Notes under the pieces: model-generated
Databases searched by the model: none
Told to the model about the DNA's origin: nothing
The model's input: only the letters and a program-made list of their open reading frames with translations
Shown: piece by piece, positions 28,548-38,707 of the stretch
Layout of the letters: each line of letters starts with the position of its first letter
Numbering within the stretch: the stretch's first letter is position 1
Source: Spirochaetales bacterium
GTDB taxonomy: Bacteria; Spirochaetota; Spirochaetia; JABEVK01
NCBI GenBank assembly: GCA_037142615.1
Contig: JBAXAI010000001.1
Location: 461,686-525,685 of the forward strand
DNA: 64,000 bases
Direction of reading: 5' to 3'
Translations under genes and position numbers: made by a program

Positions 28548-31118
28548 ATGGAAAAGAACGTTCTGGTCATCGTTGAGTCGCCCACAAAAGCCAAAACCAT
28601 CAAGAAATTCCTTCCTTCGAGGTTTCAGGTGGAAGCCAGCGTGGGCCATATCCGTGACCTGCCTCAGACCGCCGCCGAGATTCCCGCCAACGTCAAGGAT
28701 CAGGAATGGACGAGGCTTGGCATCAACGTCGAAGACAAGTTTGCACCGCTGTACGTCATTCCCAAGGACAAGGCGGCTCTTGTCCGGTCGCTCAAGGCGC
28801 TGGTCAAAGACGCTTCCGAAATCTACCTGGCAACGGACGAAGACCGCGAAGGCGAGAGCATTTCCTGGCACCTCCTCGATGTGCTTTCACCGAAAGTTCC
28901 TGTCAAGCGCATGGTCTTCCATGAAATCACTGAACGCGCCATTCAAGAAGCGCTGGAACACACCCGTCAGATCGACATGAACCTCGTGAACGCCCAAGAA
29001 ACAAGGCGCATCCTCGACCGACTTTACGGCTACACGCTCAGTCCACTGATCTGGAAAAAGATCGCGTACGGACTGTCGGCTGGCCGGGTGCAAAGCCCGG
29101 GACTTCGGCTGATCGTCGAGCGGGAACTGGCCCGCTGCCGTTTCAAGGCTGCCGAATACTGGGATCTGAAAGTCCAGCTGAAAAAAAACACCGGCAATGC
29201 CATGTTTGAGGCGAAACTATCGGAAGTCAAGGGTCGCAAAGTAGCCTCTGGCAAAGACTTCGATCCCGAGACGGGACTCCTGTCGGCAAAGTCCCAGGCC
29301 GTGCTCCTGTCGTCTGAAGAGGCGGCAGTTCTTGAGCGTTCGCTGAAAACCGCTCTCTGGGTCGTCTCGGAAGTTCAGGAAAAAGAGACCCGACAGAAGC
29401 CGGCTGACCCCTTTACAACCTCGACTCTCCAGCAGGAGTCGAACCGCAAGCTGGGTTACTCGGCGCGCGACACGATGAGGGTGGCCCAGAAGCTGTATGA
29501 AGAAGGCTTCATCACCTACATGCGAACCGACAGTCCAAGCCTGAGTCAGGAGGCCCTTGCAGAGGCCCGGGCAACCGTGGGGCAGATGTTCGGCACCGAA
29601 TACCTTCCACCTACCGCCCGCCAGTTTGCTGCCAAGTCCGGTTCCGCCCAGGAGGCCCACGAAGCCATCCGTCCGTCCATCCCCTTCCGTACCCCCGAAG
29701 CGACGGGTCTTTCGGGCCGGGAGCGAGCTTTGTACGAACTCATTTGGAAGCGGACCCTCGCCAGCCAGATGGCGGAGGCCCGTAAGTCCATCGTCAACGT
29801 GAAGATTGAGGCCGGCGATGCCATTTTTGGAGCCAGTGGCGTGCGCATTGTGTTTCCCGGGTTTCTGCGCGTCTACGTCGAAGGCTCCGACGATCCGGAA
29901 GCCGCACTCGACAACATGGAAGTGCTTCTCCCGCCGCTCGCCAAGGGCGAGGGTCTGACAAAGACGAAGCTGGAAGCCGAGAAACACCTCACCAAGGCCC
30001 CTGCCCGATTCACCGAAGCCGCGTTGGTGCAGCGTTTGGAAAAAGAAGGGATCGGACGTCCGTCGACCTACGCTACCATCATCGCAACGCTGCAGGACCG
30101 CGGCTACGTGTTCCGCAAGGAGCAGGCGCTGGTGCCGACCTTCACCGGGATGGCTGTGACGGCGATTCTCGAGACCAACTTCCCGCAGTTGGTGGACTAC
30201 GAGTTCACCTCACGCATGGAGGAGCGCCTCGACGAGATCGCTCTGGGTCAGCAAGATCGGCTGGAATACCTCACTGAGTTCTATTCCGGACCCCAAGGGC
30301 TTTCTGATGTCGTGAAGAACACGGAAAAAGCGATTGACGCGAACCTGAGCCGGTCGCTCCGCCTTCCTCAGCTGCCACTCAGTCACGTCATCAAGATTGG
30401 GCGCTTCGGGCCCTATCTGATTCAAGTGAGGCCTGACGGAAGCGAAGCCAAAACCTCGCTTCCTGAGGACACAGCCCCGGCCGACCTGAAGGAAAGCGAC
30501 GTCGAGGCCTTGCTCGAGCGTCAGGAGAGCGGTCCGATGGCTTTGGGAACAGATCCCGAAAGCGGCAAACCCATCTACGCCCTCACCGGGCGCTACGGTC
30601 CCCATTTGCAGGTTGGTGACAAGCCGACCGAAAAGGGCGACAAATCCGGAAAGCCTCGGACGGTTAGCCTGCCCAAGGGGATGGAAGTGGAACAGGTGAA
30701 CCTCGACTTCGCCCTGAAACTTCTGTCGCTTCCGAGAACCCTCGGCAAACACCCTGAAACCAGCGAACCGGTAACCGCGAACAACGGCCGGTTCGGTCCT
30801 TACGTGGCGCACAACGGCGAGTTCCGCTCGCTGAAAAAGGACGACGATCTTTTCGCCGTCACCCTTGAGCGCGCGTTGGAACTCTTTGCCGAAGAGAAAA
30901 AATCCCGGGCCACAGCCAACGTCATCAAAGAGTTTCTTCCCGGTGACGGAGGCCTGAAGCGCAAGGTTTCGGTGCTCGCCGGACGTTACGGTGCCTACTT
31001 GAAGTCTGGCGTTACCAACATCAGCTTGCCGGATGACCGCAAGACCCCCGAGGCGGCCGCCCTGTTGACTGTCGAAGAAGTGCTGATTTTGGTGCAGAAG
31101 CCCAAGCGGAAGGCCTAG
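28548..31118 (+). CDS. topA: DNA topoisomerase I with Toprim C-terminal repeats
   Basis: IVESPTKAKTI, ATDEDREGE, SAGRVQS, ITYMRTDS, GIGRPSTYA; GRFGPY repeats. Confidence 0.98.
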   Translation: MEKNVLVIVESPTKAKTIKKFLPSRFQVEASVGHIRDLPQTAAEIPANVKDQEWTRLGINVEDKFAPLYVIPKDKAALVRSLKALVKDASEIYLATDEDREGESISWHLLDVLSPKVPVKRMVFHEITERAIQEALEHTRQIDMNLVNAQETRRILDRLYGYTLSPLIWKKIAYGLSAGRVQSPGLRLIVERELARCRFKAAEYWDLKVQLKKNTGNAMFEAKLSEVKGRKVASGKDFDPETGLLSAKSQAVLLSSEEAAVLERSLKTALWVVSEVQEKETRQKPADPFTTSTLQQESNRKLGYSARDTMRVAQKLYEEGFITYMRTDSPSLSQEALAEARATVGQMFGTEYLPPTARQFAAKSGSAQEAHEAIRPSIPFRTPEATGLSGRERALYELIWKRTLASQMAEARKSIVNVKIEAGDAIFGASGVRIVFPGFLRVYVEGSDDPEAALDNMEVLLPPLAKGEGLTKTKLEAEKHLTKAPARFTEAALVQRLEKEGIGRPSTYATIIATLQDRGYVFRKEQALVPTFTGMAVTAILETNFPQLVDYEFTSRMEERLDEIALGQQDRLEYLTEFYSGPQGLSDVVKNTEKAIDANLSRSLRLPQLPLSHVIKIGRFGPYLIQVRPDGSEAKTSLPEDTAPADLKESDVEALLERQESGPMALGTDPESGKPIYALTGRYGPHLQVGDKPTEKGDKSGKPRTVSLPKGMEVEQVNLDFALKLLSLPRTLGKHPETSEPVTANNGRFGPYVAHNGEFRSLKKDDDLFAVTLERALELFAEEKKSRATANVIKEFLPGDGGLKRKVSVLAGRYGAYLKSGVTNISLPDDRKTPEAAALLTVEEVLILVQKPKRKA

Positions 31119-31136
31119 CTTCCCTGTTAGGGAGGT

Positions 31137-32516
31137 ATGAACCCCGACTGGCTTCCCGCTCTCAAGGCTCTCAAGGTTTCCTACCTCTTTCCGTATCAGG
31201 AACTTGCCATCGCCCAAATCCTCGGTCCTCCGGGGCTTCGGCAAGGTGTGATCCTGCCAACCGGGGCTGGTAAAAGCCTCTGCTTTCAAGTTCCCGCCCT
31301 GCTGTTCGACAAGCCCACGCTGGTGGTGTACCCGCTGCGGTCGCTCATGGCCGACCAGAAACGCCGCTGCGAGCAGGCGGGAATCGCTTGCGCCGTGTTG
31401 CAGGGGGGGCAGACGCGGGAACAAAGACGCAAAGTCCAGCAGCGGTTGCAGGCAGGCCAGGTAAAGCTTCTGCTCACGAACCCCGAAACATTGATCCAGC
31501 CGGCCGTGAAAAAAATGCTCAGCACGGTGACCTTCGCGCACGCGGTCATTGATGAGGCGCATTGTATCACTTTGTGGGGAAAAGACTTCCGGCCGACCTA
31601 CCGCGAACTGCCGGGAGTGTTGGAGTCCCTCCAGCCCGAGCGGATCAGCGCGTTCACCGCGACCGCCTCGCCGAGGGTTACCGAAGACTGGACCCAGCAC
31701 TTGTTTCAAGGCCAACCTTGGTCACTCATCCGAGCCGCCGCCGACCGAACCAACCTGGACTTCGCTCGGGAGCCCTATCTGTCGCTGCGTTTTACCTTGC
31801 CGCGCCTCCTGACCCGTGAGGCCCGGCCCGCTTTGGTGTTTTGCCGCAACCGCGAGGGTGTGCGCCGCTGGGCCCACCACATTCTGCGCGAAACCGGCCT
31901 GGACGTGCGTCACTACCATGCCGGCATGACCAAGGAAGAAAAAACTTCCGTCGAGGACTGGTTTTTCCAAAGTGCCGATGGGGTACTCTGCGCAACCAAT
32001 GCCTATGGGATGGGTATCGACAAGTCGGGCATCCGAACAGTGATCCACCTGGATGTGTCGAATAACGCCGAAGACTACTTGCAGGAAGCTGGTCGTGCCG
32101 GACGCGACGGAAGGCCCTCGCGTGCGCTCATGCTCACCAGGGCGAAGGTAGGAGGGACACCCGAACCGACCTGCTGGCGAAAGAAGTTGCTCGCCGTCTT
32201 CGAGGAGGAACCCGTGATCTGCAGCGGGTGTGATGCCTGCCGTGGCCAGACCATGTGGCTTCCGGCGGAGTTGACCAGGACCTGTGGGCTGCTGTACCGC
32301 TATCGGGGCAAACTCGACCGTAAGGAGTGTCAGGCCCTCCTTCGGGGTCGGGCCGAACCGGGCCTCGAGGCCCTGCGACTTTGGCCCGGTTGGGGCATGT
32401 GGTCGGGCTTGGATGACCTGACGTTCCGGGAACTGTGGGCGGGACTCGAGGACGGAGGCTGGCTGGTCTTTGGAAAACGTGAGGGTGCCCTTCTGCGGAA
32501 GGTTTCCTTGAATTGA
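31137..32516 (+). CDS. recQ: RecQ-family ATP-dependent DNA helicase
   Basis: PTGAGKSLCFQ, DEAHCITLWGKDFRP, QEAGRAGRDG, Zn-binding Cys. Confidence 0.9.
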   Translation: MNPDWLPALKALKVSYLFPYQELAIAQILGPPGLRQGVILPTGAGKSLCFQVPALLFDKPTLVVYPLRSLMADQKRRCEQAGIACAVLQGGQTREQRRKVQQRLQAGQVKLLLTNPETLIQPAVKKMLSTVTFAHAVIDEAHCITLWGKDFRPTYRELPGVLESLQPERISAFTATASPRVTEDWTQHLFQGQPWSLIRAAADRTNLDFAREPYLSLRFTLPRLLTREARPALVFCRNREGVRRWAHHILRETGLDVRHYHAGMTKEEKTSVEDWFFQSADGVLCATNAYGMGIDKSGIRTVIHLDVSNNAEDYLQEAGRAGRDGRPSRALMLTRAKVGGTPEPTCWRKKLLAVFEEEPVICSGCDACRGQTMWLPAELTRTCGLLYRYRGKLDRKECQALLRGRAEPGLEALRLWPGWGMWSGLDDLTFRELWAGLEDGGWLVFGKREGALLRKVSLN

Positions 32517-32541
32517 CATGGGGGGCAAGGGTTACTAGACT
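32513..32541 (+). promoter_or_regulatory. sigma70 promoter, leaderless (TTGACA-17-TAGACT-6-ATG32548)
   Basis: Consensus hexamers; ATG at the predicted TSS. Confidence 0.7.
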
Positions 32542-32547
32542 GTCAGG

Positions 32548-32901
32548 ATGGCTACGATTCTGATTGCCGATGATTCCTGGGTTGCCCGGTTGGGGATGAA
32601 CAAGCTCCTTGTCTCGTTGGGGCACACTGTTCTCGAAGCCACTGACGGCAAGCGGGCTCTCGAGGTAGCAGAGCAGCATCCTGTGGAAATCCTGTTTCTC
32701 GACCTTTTGATGCCCGAACTTGACGGTTTCGGGGTTCTTGAGGCGCTGCGTGGCAAGCTGGTCCGCCCGAAAGTGTATGTCCTTTCAGCCGACATTCAGG
32801 AAACTACGCGCCAACGGTGCGTTGACTTGGGGGTCGATGGCTTTTTGAACAAACCACCTCTGCGAAGCCAGATCGAGGAAGTGCTCAAGGCCTTGGCATG
32901 A
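32548..32901 (+). CDS. Single-domain response regulator (CheY-like)
   Basis: ILIADDS, FLDLLMPELDG, LSAD, FLNKP. Confidence 0.92.
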   Translation: MATILIADDSWVARLGMNKLLVSLGHTVLEATDGKRALEVAEQHPVEILFLDLLMPELDGFGVLEALRGKLVRPKVYVLSADIQETTRQRCVDLGVDGFLNKPPLRSQIEEVLKALA

Positions 32902-33497
32902 TTTCCGAGCAGTCCCTCGAGATTTTGAAAGAACTTCTCAATATTTCGGTCGGAAAAGGCGCACAGGTTCTCAACACGATGTTGCGACACCATGTGAGGC
33001 TCAGCGTCCCCCAGGTGATCGAAACCAGTCCGTCTCATCTGCACGAGGCGCTGGGTCTTCCCTTGAACCAGGAGATTTCTTGCGTCCAAATGGCCTACAA
33101 AGGCAGCCTTCAGGGCGAGGTCCAGCTCCTTTTTCCGATGAAGGAAGCTGGCCTGATGGTCAACCTGATCACCGAAGAGGAGTTTCCTCCCGAGGAACTT
33201 GACTTCATCCGCCAGGCAACGGTGACGGAAGTCGGGAATGTGGTGATCAACGCCGTCATGGGCACGCTGAGCAACCTCTTCGGGTTTCATCTTCAGTATG
33301 GGCTTCCCGCCTACCGGGGCGGCACCGTGTCGAGTCTTTCCCAGCACGCCGGTCTCAAAAACCTCGACAGGATTCTGATTGCCAGGACAACCTTCCGCAT
33401 TGAGGAAATCGACTTGAACGGTGCGCTTATTTTGTTCTTCTCGTTGCCCACTTTCAAAACGCTGGAGTCGGCGGTTCAAAACTATGCCGAGCGCTGA
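32898..33497 (+). CDS. cheC: CheC-family phosphatase
   Basis: Two ExxN motifs (ELLNISVG, EVGNVVIN). Confidence 0.88.
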   Translation: MISEQSLEILKELLNISVGKGAQVLNTMLRHHVRLSVPQVIETSPSHLHEALGLPLNQEISCVQMAYKGSLQGEVQLLFPMKEAGLMVNLITEEEFPPEELDFIRQATVTEVGNVVINAVMGTLSNLFGFHLQYGLPAYRGGTVSSLSQHAGLKNLDRILIARTTFRIEEIDLNGALILFFSLPTFKTLESAVQNYAER

Positions 33498-34485
33498 CAA
33501 CGCCCGTTTCCGCGATCTGGATTTCGTGCCGCTTGGTTTGGCTGTTATCGATAAGAGCTTCCGGGTGCTCTTCTGGAACAGTTGCATGGCAGAGTGGACG
33601 GGGGTACCGCGCGCGATGGCCGAAGGCGGGCAGTTGGACCGTTTGGCTCCCGAGTGGGCAACGCCCCAGTATCGCGAGCGTGTGAGGGAAGTCTTTCTCG
33701 GCGGGCCCCCAGTGGTCTTTTCGCCACTGCTGCATCCTGAAATCATCCCCGTGCGCCCGGGCGAGAGCCCGGTCTACAATGTCAAAGTTACAGCGCTTCC
33801 CGAGGAAGACGGTTGGCTGGGGCTACTTTCGGTGGAAGATATCACGGTACTCAGCCAGCGTATCGTCAAGCTCCGGGAGCTGCAGAAGCGGTCCGAGCTC
33901 CTGATGCGGGAAATCCATCACCGCGTCAAGAACAACCTCAATATGGTCAGCAGTTTGATCACCCTTCAGTCCGATATCAGTCCCGATGAAACGGTCCGGA
34001 CTCTCGAAGATCTTCAGAGCCGAATCATCGCCATCAGTCAGGTCCACGACGTGCTTTACCGAACTGACGACCTTTCTTTGGGGAAGGCCGCGGACTACCT
34101 CGGGCCCTTGGCCCAGTTGATCAATCAGAATCTCTCGGCCGGTCATCACGATCTTGTGCTGGATCTAGACGACACGGTGATGTTCGACATCGAGACCACC
34201 ATCCAGTTGGGCCTGATTCAGGCCGAACTGATGACCAACGCCCTGAAGTATGGCTTTAGGAATCCGGTTGCGGGGCAGCTTACGGTGAGCCTGCGGCGCT
34301 TGCCTACGGGAGAAACCGAGTACGGCCTGTCGCAGACGGGAGACACGCTGCCCAAGGATTTTGATCCGCAGCAGTCGACCGGCCTCGGGATGCAATTGAT
34401 CCTGACTTTTGCCGCGCAACTTGGGTGCGACTTCCAGTGGAAGCGGGGCGATCCGACCACCTTCACCTTGAGGTTTCGCCGCTGA
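33484..34485 (+). CDS. PAS-domain HisKA_2 histidine kinase
   Basis: PAS (VLFWN..MAEWTG), REIHHRVKNNL, ELMTNALKYG, GLGMQLI. Confidence 0.9.
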   Translation: MPSADNARFRDLDFVPLGLAVIDKSFRVLFWNSCMAEWTGVPRAMAEGGQLDRLAPEWATPQYRERVREVFLGGPPVVFSPLLHPEIIPVRPGESPVYNVKVTALPEEDGWLGLLSVEDITVLSQRIVKLRELQKRSELLMREIHHRVKNNLNMVSSLITLQSDISPDETVRTLEDLQSRIIAISQVHDVLYRTDDLSLGKAADYLGPLAQLINQNLSAGHHDLVLDLDDTVMFDIETTIQLGLIQAELMTNALKYGFRNPVAGQLTVSLRRLPTGETEYGLSQTGDTLPKDFDPQQSTGLGMQLILTFAAQLGCDFQWKRGDPTTFTLRFRR

Positions 34486-35048
34486 TGGCGGCCCCCGCCC
34501 TACCCGAGGCGGTGCTTTTTCTGGGCAACCCAGGAAGAGACTATGCGAAAACCAGACACAACGCAGGCTTCATGGTTTCTGAGTGCTGGGAACCCGTCAC
34601 CGGAAACGCCTGGCAATCCAAGTTCAAAGGCTTATGGATGACAACGCGCTGGCAGGACCGCAAGGTGATTCTGCTCAAGCCGCAGGTGTTTATGAATCTC
34701 AGCGGCGAAAGCGCTCGGGCAGCGAGCGATTTTCTCAAGGTTCCACCCGAACATTGGCTGGTTGTGCACGATGACCTGGAGGTCCCCTTCGGCGAGATCC
34801 GGCTCCAGATTGGCGGCGGTTTGGGCGGTCACAACGGACTCAAGTCGCTCAAACAGCACTGGGGAACCGACAAGTTCGCACGTCTGCGCTTCGGGTTGGG
34901 CAGACCAGTTCACCTGGAGGTGGCCGATTTCGTGCTATCGAGATTCTCACCAGCCGAGGAAATCCAGCTAGGTTTGCTGTTGCCGATGGCCTGTCGCCTG
35001 TTGGAAGGCGCCCTGAGCCGTGGAATTCCCGAGGCAAAGAGGCCCTAA
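34485..35048 (+). CDS. pth: Peptidyl-tRNA hydrolase
   Basis: LGNPG..YAKTRHNAGF, KPQVFMNLSG, VHDDL, GGHNGLKS. Confidence 0.96.
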   Translation: MAAPALPEAVLFLGNPGRDYAKTRHNAGFMVSECWEPVTGNAWQSKFKGLWMTTRWQDRKVILLKPQVFMNLSGESARAASDFLKVPPEHWLVVHDDLEVPFGEIRLQIGGGLGGHNGLKSLKQHWGTDKFARLRFGLGRPVHLEVADFVLSRFSPAEEIQLGLLLPMACRLLEGALSRGIPEAKRP

Positions 35049-35084
35049 CTCAAGCAAAACAGGCCTGGGCTGTGTCTGACAGGT

Positions 35085-35756
35085 ATGAAACTCTCACTGT
35101 ACGAACGGCCGAACGATCGGCTTCAGCCCCGGGAAAAGTTCCAGGTCATAGGCCCCTCGGGACTCTCGGATCAGGAACTCCTCCAGCTGATCCTGGGAAC
35201 GGGAACCAAGGCCTCTCCCGTCGCCCAGTTGGCCAATCGGGTCCTGCAACTCCTGGACCGGTGGGGGCCCTCGCTCGATCTGAGCCTCCTCGACACCCTG
35301 GAGGGTATCGGCCCGGCGCGCAAGGCTCAGCTGGCGGCCGTCTTGGAACTCGTGCGACGACTGGGGCGACCGCCGGCCCTCCGCATCGTGACTCCCTCGG
35401 ACCTTTACCCTCGATTGCTGCATTTTGCCGACCGTCCGCAGGAGGTTTTTCTGGCGGCCACGCTCAACGGCGCTCACGAACTGCTCGCGCTGCACACAGT
35501 GACGATTGGTCTCTTGAACCGCACGCTGGTTCATCCACGGGAGGTTTTTGCCCCCGCGCTCAACGATAGGGCCGCGAGCGTTGTGCTGGCCCACTCGCAC
35601 CCGAGTGGTAACCATGAGCCCAGTCTGGAAGACCGGGAAGCCACCAGCCGCCTGTGCCGTGCGGGAAAACTTCTGGGGATTGAGGTTCTCGACCACCTGA
35701 TTTTCTCAGCCGCCGGCTACCTCAGTTTCCGCGAGAAAGGTTTGCTTTTTCTTTGA
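35085..35756 (+). CDS. radC: RadC-family JAB-domain protein
   Basis: PREK..GPSGLSDQELL, VHPREVF, HSHPSG, VLDHLI. Confidence 0.95.
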   Translation: MKLSLYERPNDRLQPREKFQVIGPSGLSDQELLQLILGTGTKASPVAQLANRVLQLLDRWGPSLDLSLLDTLEGIGPARKAQLAAVLELVRRLGRPPALRIVTPSDLYPRLLHFADRPQEVFLAATLNGAHELLALHTVTIGLLNRTLVHPREVFAPALNDRAASVVLAHSHPSGNHEPSLEDREATSRLCRAGKLLGIEVLDHLIFSAAGYLSFREKGLLFL

Positions 35757-35792
35757 GGGAGATCGCCACGGGTGCCTCGGACGGGCCGCGTC

Positions 35793-35821
35793 TGGCAATG
35801 ATCCGGAATTTCCTGTACGAT
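35793..35821 (+). promoter_or_regulatory. sigma70 promoter (TGGCAA-17-TACGAT)
   Basis: 11 nt upstream of deaD ATG; no SD. Confidence 0.5.
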
Positions 35822-35832
35822 GGCGCAACGAT

Positions 35833-37602
35833 ATGAATACCCCCCCCACCTTCGCCGACCTCGGTCTGTCGGCAACCGTTCTCGAAGCTCTTTCGAAAAA
35901 GGGCTTCGAAGAGCCCACGCCCATCCAGGCTTTGGTCATCCCGGAACTCCTTCGCGCCGATGTCGACCTCATTGGTCAGGCCCAGACAGGCACTGGAAAA
36001 ACTGCAGCGTTTGCCCTACCTCTCATTGAAAAGCTGACGCCCGGCGTGGGCCACATCCAGGCGCTCGTTCTCGCGCCAACCCGCGAGCTCGCCGTTCAGA
36101 TCTGCGAAGAAATCTCGTCACTGCGTGGCACCAAACCGTTTTCTGTGGCCCCCGTCTACGGTGGCCAGTCCTACACCGAGCAGTTCCGCCGCTTCAAGAT
36201 GGGGGTCGACATCCTCGTCGGTACTCCCGGACGTATTCTCGACCACCTCGAACGCGGGAGCCTGAAGCTCGACAAACTCCAGTACCTGATCCTCGACGAA
36301 GCCGATGAAATGCTCGACATGGGGTTTTCGGAAGACATTGACACCCTGCTCGAGCAGGTCAACCCCGACCGCTGCATGCTCCTTTTTTCGGCCACCATGC
36401 CAGACCGTATCCGGTTGATTGCCAACAAGCACATGAAGAATCCTAAAACCCTGTCGGTCAAGGGCCAGGCGATGACGGCCGAACTGACGGAGCAGATCTA
36501 CTTCGAAGTGAACGAAGGGGATAAGTTCGAGTCGTTGTGCCGAATCCTCGACCTCGAAGAGGACTTCTACGGCATTGTCTTCTGCCGTACGAAGTTACAA
36601 ACCGATGAGATCAGCCACCGACTGGCCGACCGGGGCTACGGAGCTGAGGCAATTCACGGCGACCTGACTCAGGGACAGCGTGAGCTGGTGCTCAAGAAGT
36701 TCAAGGGCAAGCGCCTGAACATCCTGTGTGCCACCGATGTGGCAGCCCGCGGAATCGATGTCGAAAACCTCACGCACGTGATCAACTATAGTTTGCCGCA
36801 AGACCCCGAAGCCTACGTGCACCGCATCGGGCGCACCGGCCGCGCAGGTAAGGAAGGGACAGCGGTCACTTTCATCACCGCCGAGGAATACCGCAAGATG
36901 GCCTTCATTGAACGGGTGTCCAAGACCCGCATCCGCAAGGAGCGAGTACCTGGCGTCGGCGAGATCATCACCTTGAAGAAGGCGCGGTTGGCCGCCAAAG
37001 TGCAGGAATCGCTGGAAAAACCTGTCCTCCCTGCGATCGGCGAACTCGCCAAAGAACTGTTACAGGACCGAGACGCCGCTGAGGTGCTGGCCGCCGTACT
37101 CCAGCAGTACGCCTCGGGCGAGTTCGATGAAAAAACCTACGCTCCCATCCGCGACCTGTTCGACCGGCCTAAGCGCGAGCGGGCGAGCTACAGTTCCACG
37201 GCCGGTTTTCCTGGAACCGGTGCACCTGCCTTTCATGGCGGTGACCGCCCTTGGGACAACGGACCGGGACCAGCGGGCAAGGCGCGCCTGTTCATCGCGA
37301 TGGGGCGAACTGACGGCATCTCGCCCCGCAAAATCGTTGACCTGCTCGAGAGTCAGGGTGGCATTCCCAGCCGGTTCATCGATGACGCGGTCGTTATGGA
37401 GGAGTTCTCGTTCGTGACGGTTCCCTTCCGCGATGCCGAACGCCTGATCCAGACCTTCCGCTCGCAAGGCCATCAGGGAAAACCCCTAATCAAGCTGGCC
37501 CGCCCAGAGGATGGAGAGGCAGGTGGGCCGCCCAGGCGCCCGTTCGCGGGGCCTCCTGGCAAGTTTGGACCGCCCAAGTACGGCAAACCCCGCAAATACT
37601 AG
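35833..37602 (+). CDS. deaD: DEAD-box RNA helicase with DbpA RNA-binding domain
   Basis: AQTGTGKT, PTRELA, DEADEM, SAT, HRIGRTGRAG; RLFIAMGRTDG DbpA domain. Confidence 0.93.
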   Translation: MNTPPTFADLGLSATVLEALSKKGFEEPTPIQALVIPELLRADVDLIGQAQTGTGKTAAFALPLIEKLTPGVGHIQALVLAPTRELAVQICEEISSLRGTKPFSVAPVYGGQSYTEQFRRFKMGVDILVGTPGRILDHLERGSLKLDKLQYLILDEADEMLDMGFSEDIDTLLEQVNPDRCMLLFSATMPDRIRLIANKHMKNPKTLSVKGQAMTAELTEQIYFEVNEGDKFESLCRILDLEEDFYGIVFCRTKLQTDEISHRLADRGYGAEAIHGDLTQGQRELVLKKFKGKRLNILCATDVAARGIDVENLTHVINYSLPQDPEAYVHRIGRTGRAGKEGTAVTFITAEEYRKMAFIERVSKTRIRKERVPGVGEIITLKKARLAAKVQESLEKPVLPAIGELAKELLQDRDAAEVLAAVLQQYASGEFDEKTYAPIRDLFDRPKRERASYSSTAGFPGTGAPAFHGGDRPWDNGPGPAGKARLFIAMGRTDGISPRKIVDLLESQGGIPSRFIDDAVVMEEFSFVTVPFRDAERLIQTFRSQGHQGKPLIKLARPEDGEAGGPPRRPFAGPPGKFGPPKYGKPRKY

Positions 37603-37636
37603 GAGTTTTCGCCGCAATTCCGGTAAACTATGAGCC

Positions 37637-38707
37637 ATGAGTGACGATGTGGTGTCTGCCAGCGATACGGAGCTCCTCGGTGCCTTGTTATTGGCGCAGG
37701 GTTTGGTTCTGCTGGGTGTCGCAGGAGTTGAAGCCGATACTTCTGCGCACGCGGCCACCTATTCCGAGCGGCTTTCTGGTGGTAGCTTCGGGACCATGGC
37801 GTACCTGGAACGCCACCGGGCGCTCAAGTACGCCCCCTCCTTGGTGGTTCCGGGAACTCGTAGTTTGGTGATCGCAGGCTTGAGTTACTTCCAGCCGAAG
37901 CCTGATCGGCCCCACAGTGCAAACGCCACGGGCCAGGTGGCCCGGTACGCTTGGGGACGCGACTACCATAAGGTCTTGTTGAACAAGCTTCAGGCGGTCG
38001 CCGCCGATCTGCAGGCCCGGTTTCCGGGTGAAACCTTCCGGTCTTTCACCGACACGTCCCCTATCGACGAGAGGTTCTGGGCCCAGGTAGCCGGGGGGGC
38101 GTTCACGGCCCGAAACACGCTGTCGATCCACCAGGAGCTCGGAAGCTGGTTTGTCCTCGGGGAAATCTTTTCTTCGCAACAATTTGTTCCGTCTGGGAGG
38201 CGACCACACGTCCACGGTTCCTGCCCTTCGGCCTGCCGCCGCTGCGTGGAGGTCTGTCCGACCGGCGCGCTCGATGGCAAGGGAGGAATCGACGCCCGCA
38301 AGTGCCTGGCGTATCTGACCATCGAGCACCGCGGACCCATTGCGCTCGAGTTCCGTGAGGCGCTCGGCGACCGTCTTTTCGGCTGCGATCTGTGTCAGGA
38401 GGTTTGTCCGTTCAACCTCAAAGCGAGTCCCACAATAGAAGCTCAATTCTTGGCCTGGAAAGCTGGCAGTGAGCTTGACCTGCGTGAGATTCTGGAACTG
38501 AAGGACGAGAAGCAGTTCACCCTGCGTTTCGGCGGTTCACCGGTTCACCGCGCGGGCTTTCAGGGCCTGCGACGTAACGCCTGTCTGGTGGCTGGAAACC
38601 TCGGCGCCAAGTCGCTCGAACCGGTACTGGCCCGTTTGGCCGCAGAGGACGATCCCGTTGTCGCGGAAGCCGCCGAGTGGGCTCTGGCACGATGGAGGCT
38701 CTCGTGA
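37637..38707 (+). CDS. queG: tRNA epoxyqueuosine(34) reductase
   Basis: ARYAWGRDYH, CxxCxxCxxxCPTGA, CLAYLTIE, GCDLCQEVCPFN. Confidence 0.95.
   Translation: MSDDVVSASDTELLGALLLAQGLVLLGVAGVEADTSAHAATYSERLSGGSFGTMAYLERHRALKYAPSLVVPGTRSLVIAGLSYFQPKPDRPHSANATGQVARYAWGRDYHKVLLNKLQAVAADLQARFPGETFRSFTDTSPIDERFWAQVAGGAFTARNTLSIHQELGSWFVLGEIFSSQQFVPSGRRPHVHGSCPSACRRCVEVCPTGALDGKGGIDARKCLAYLTIEHRGPIALEFREALGDRLFGCDLCQEVCPFNLKASPTIEAQFLAWKAGSELDLREILELKDEKQFTLRFGGSPVHRAGFQGLRRNACLVAGNLGAKSLEPVLARLAAEDDPVVAEAAEWALARWRLS

Noticed and set aside
35085-35756. radC as a marker of a mobile element
   Set aside because: Full-length chromosomal type with N-terminal HhH region, flanked by core genes
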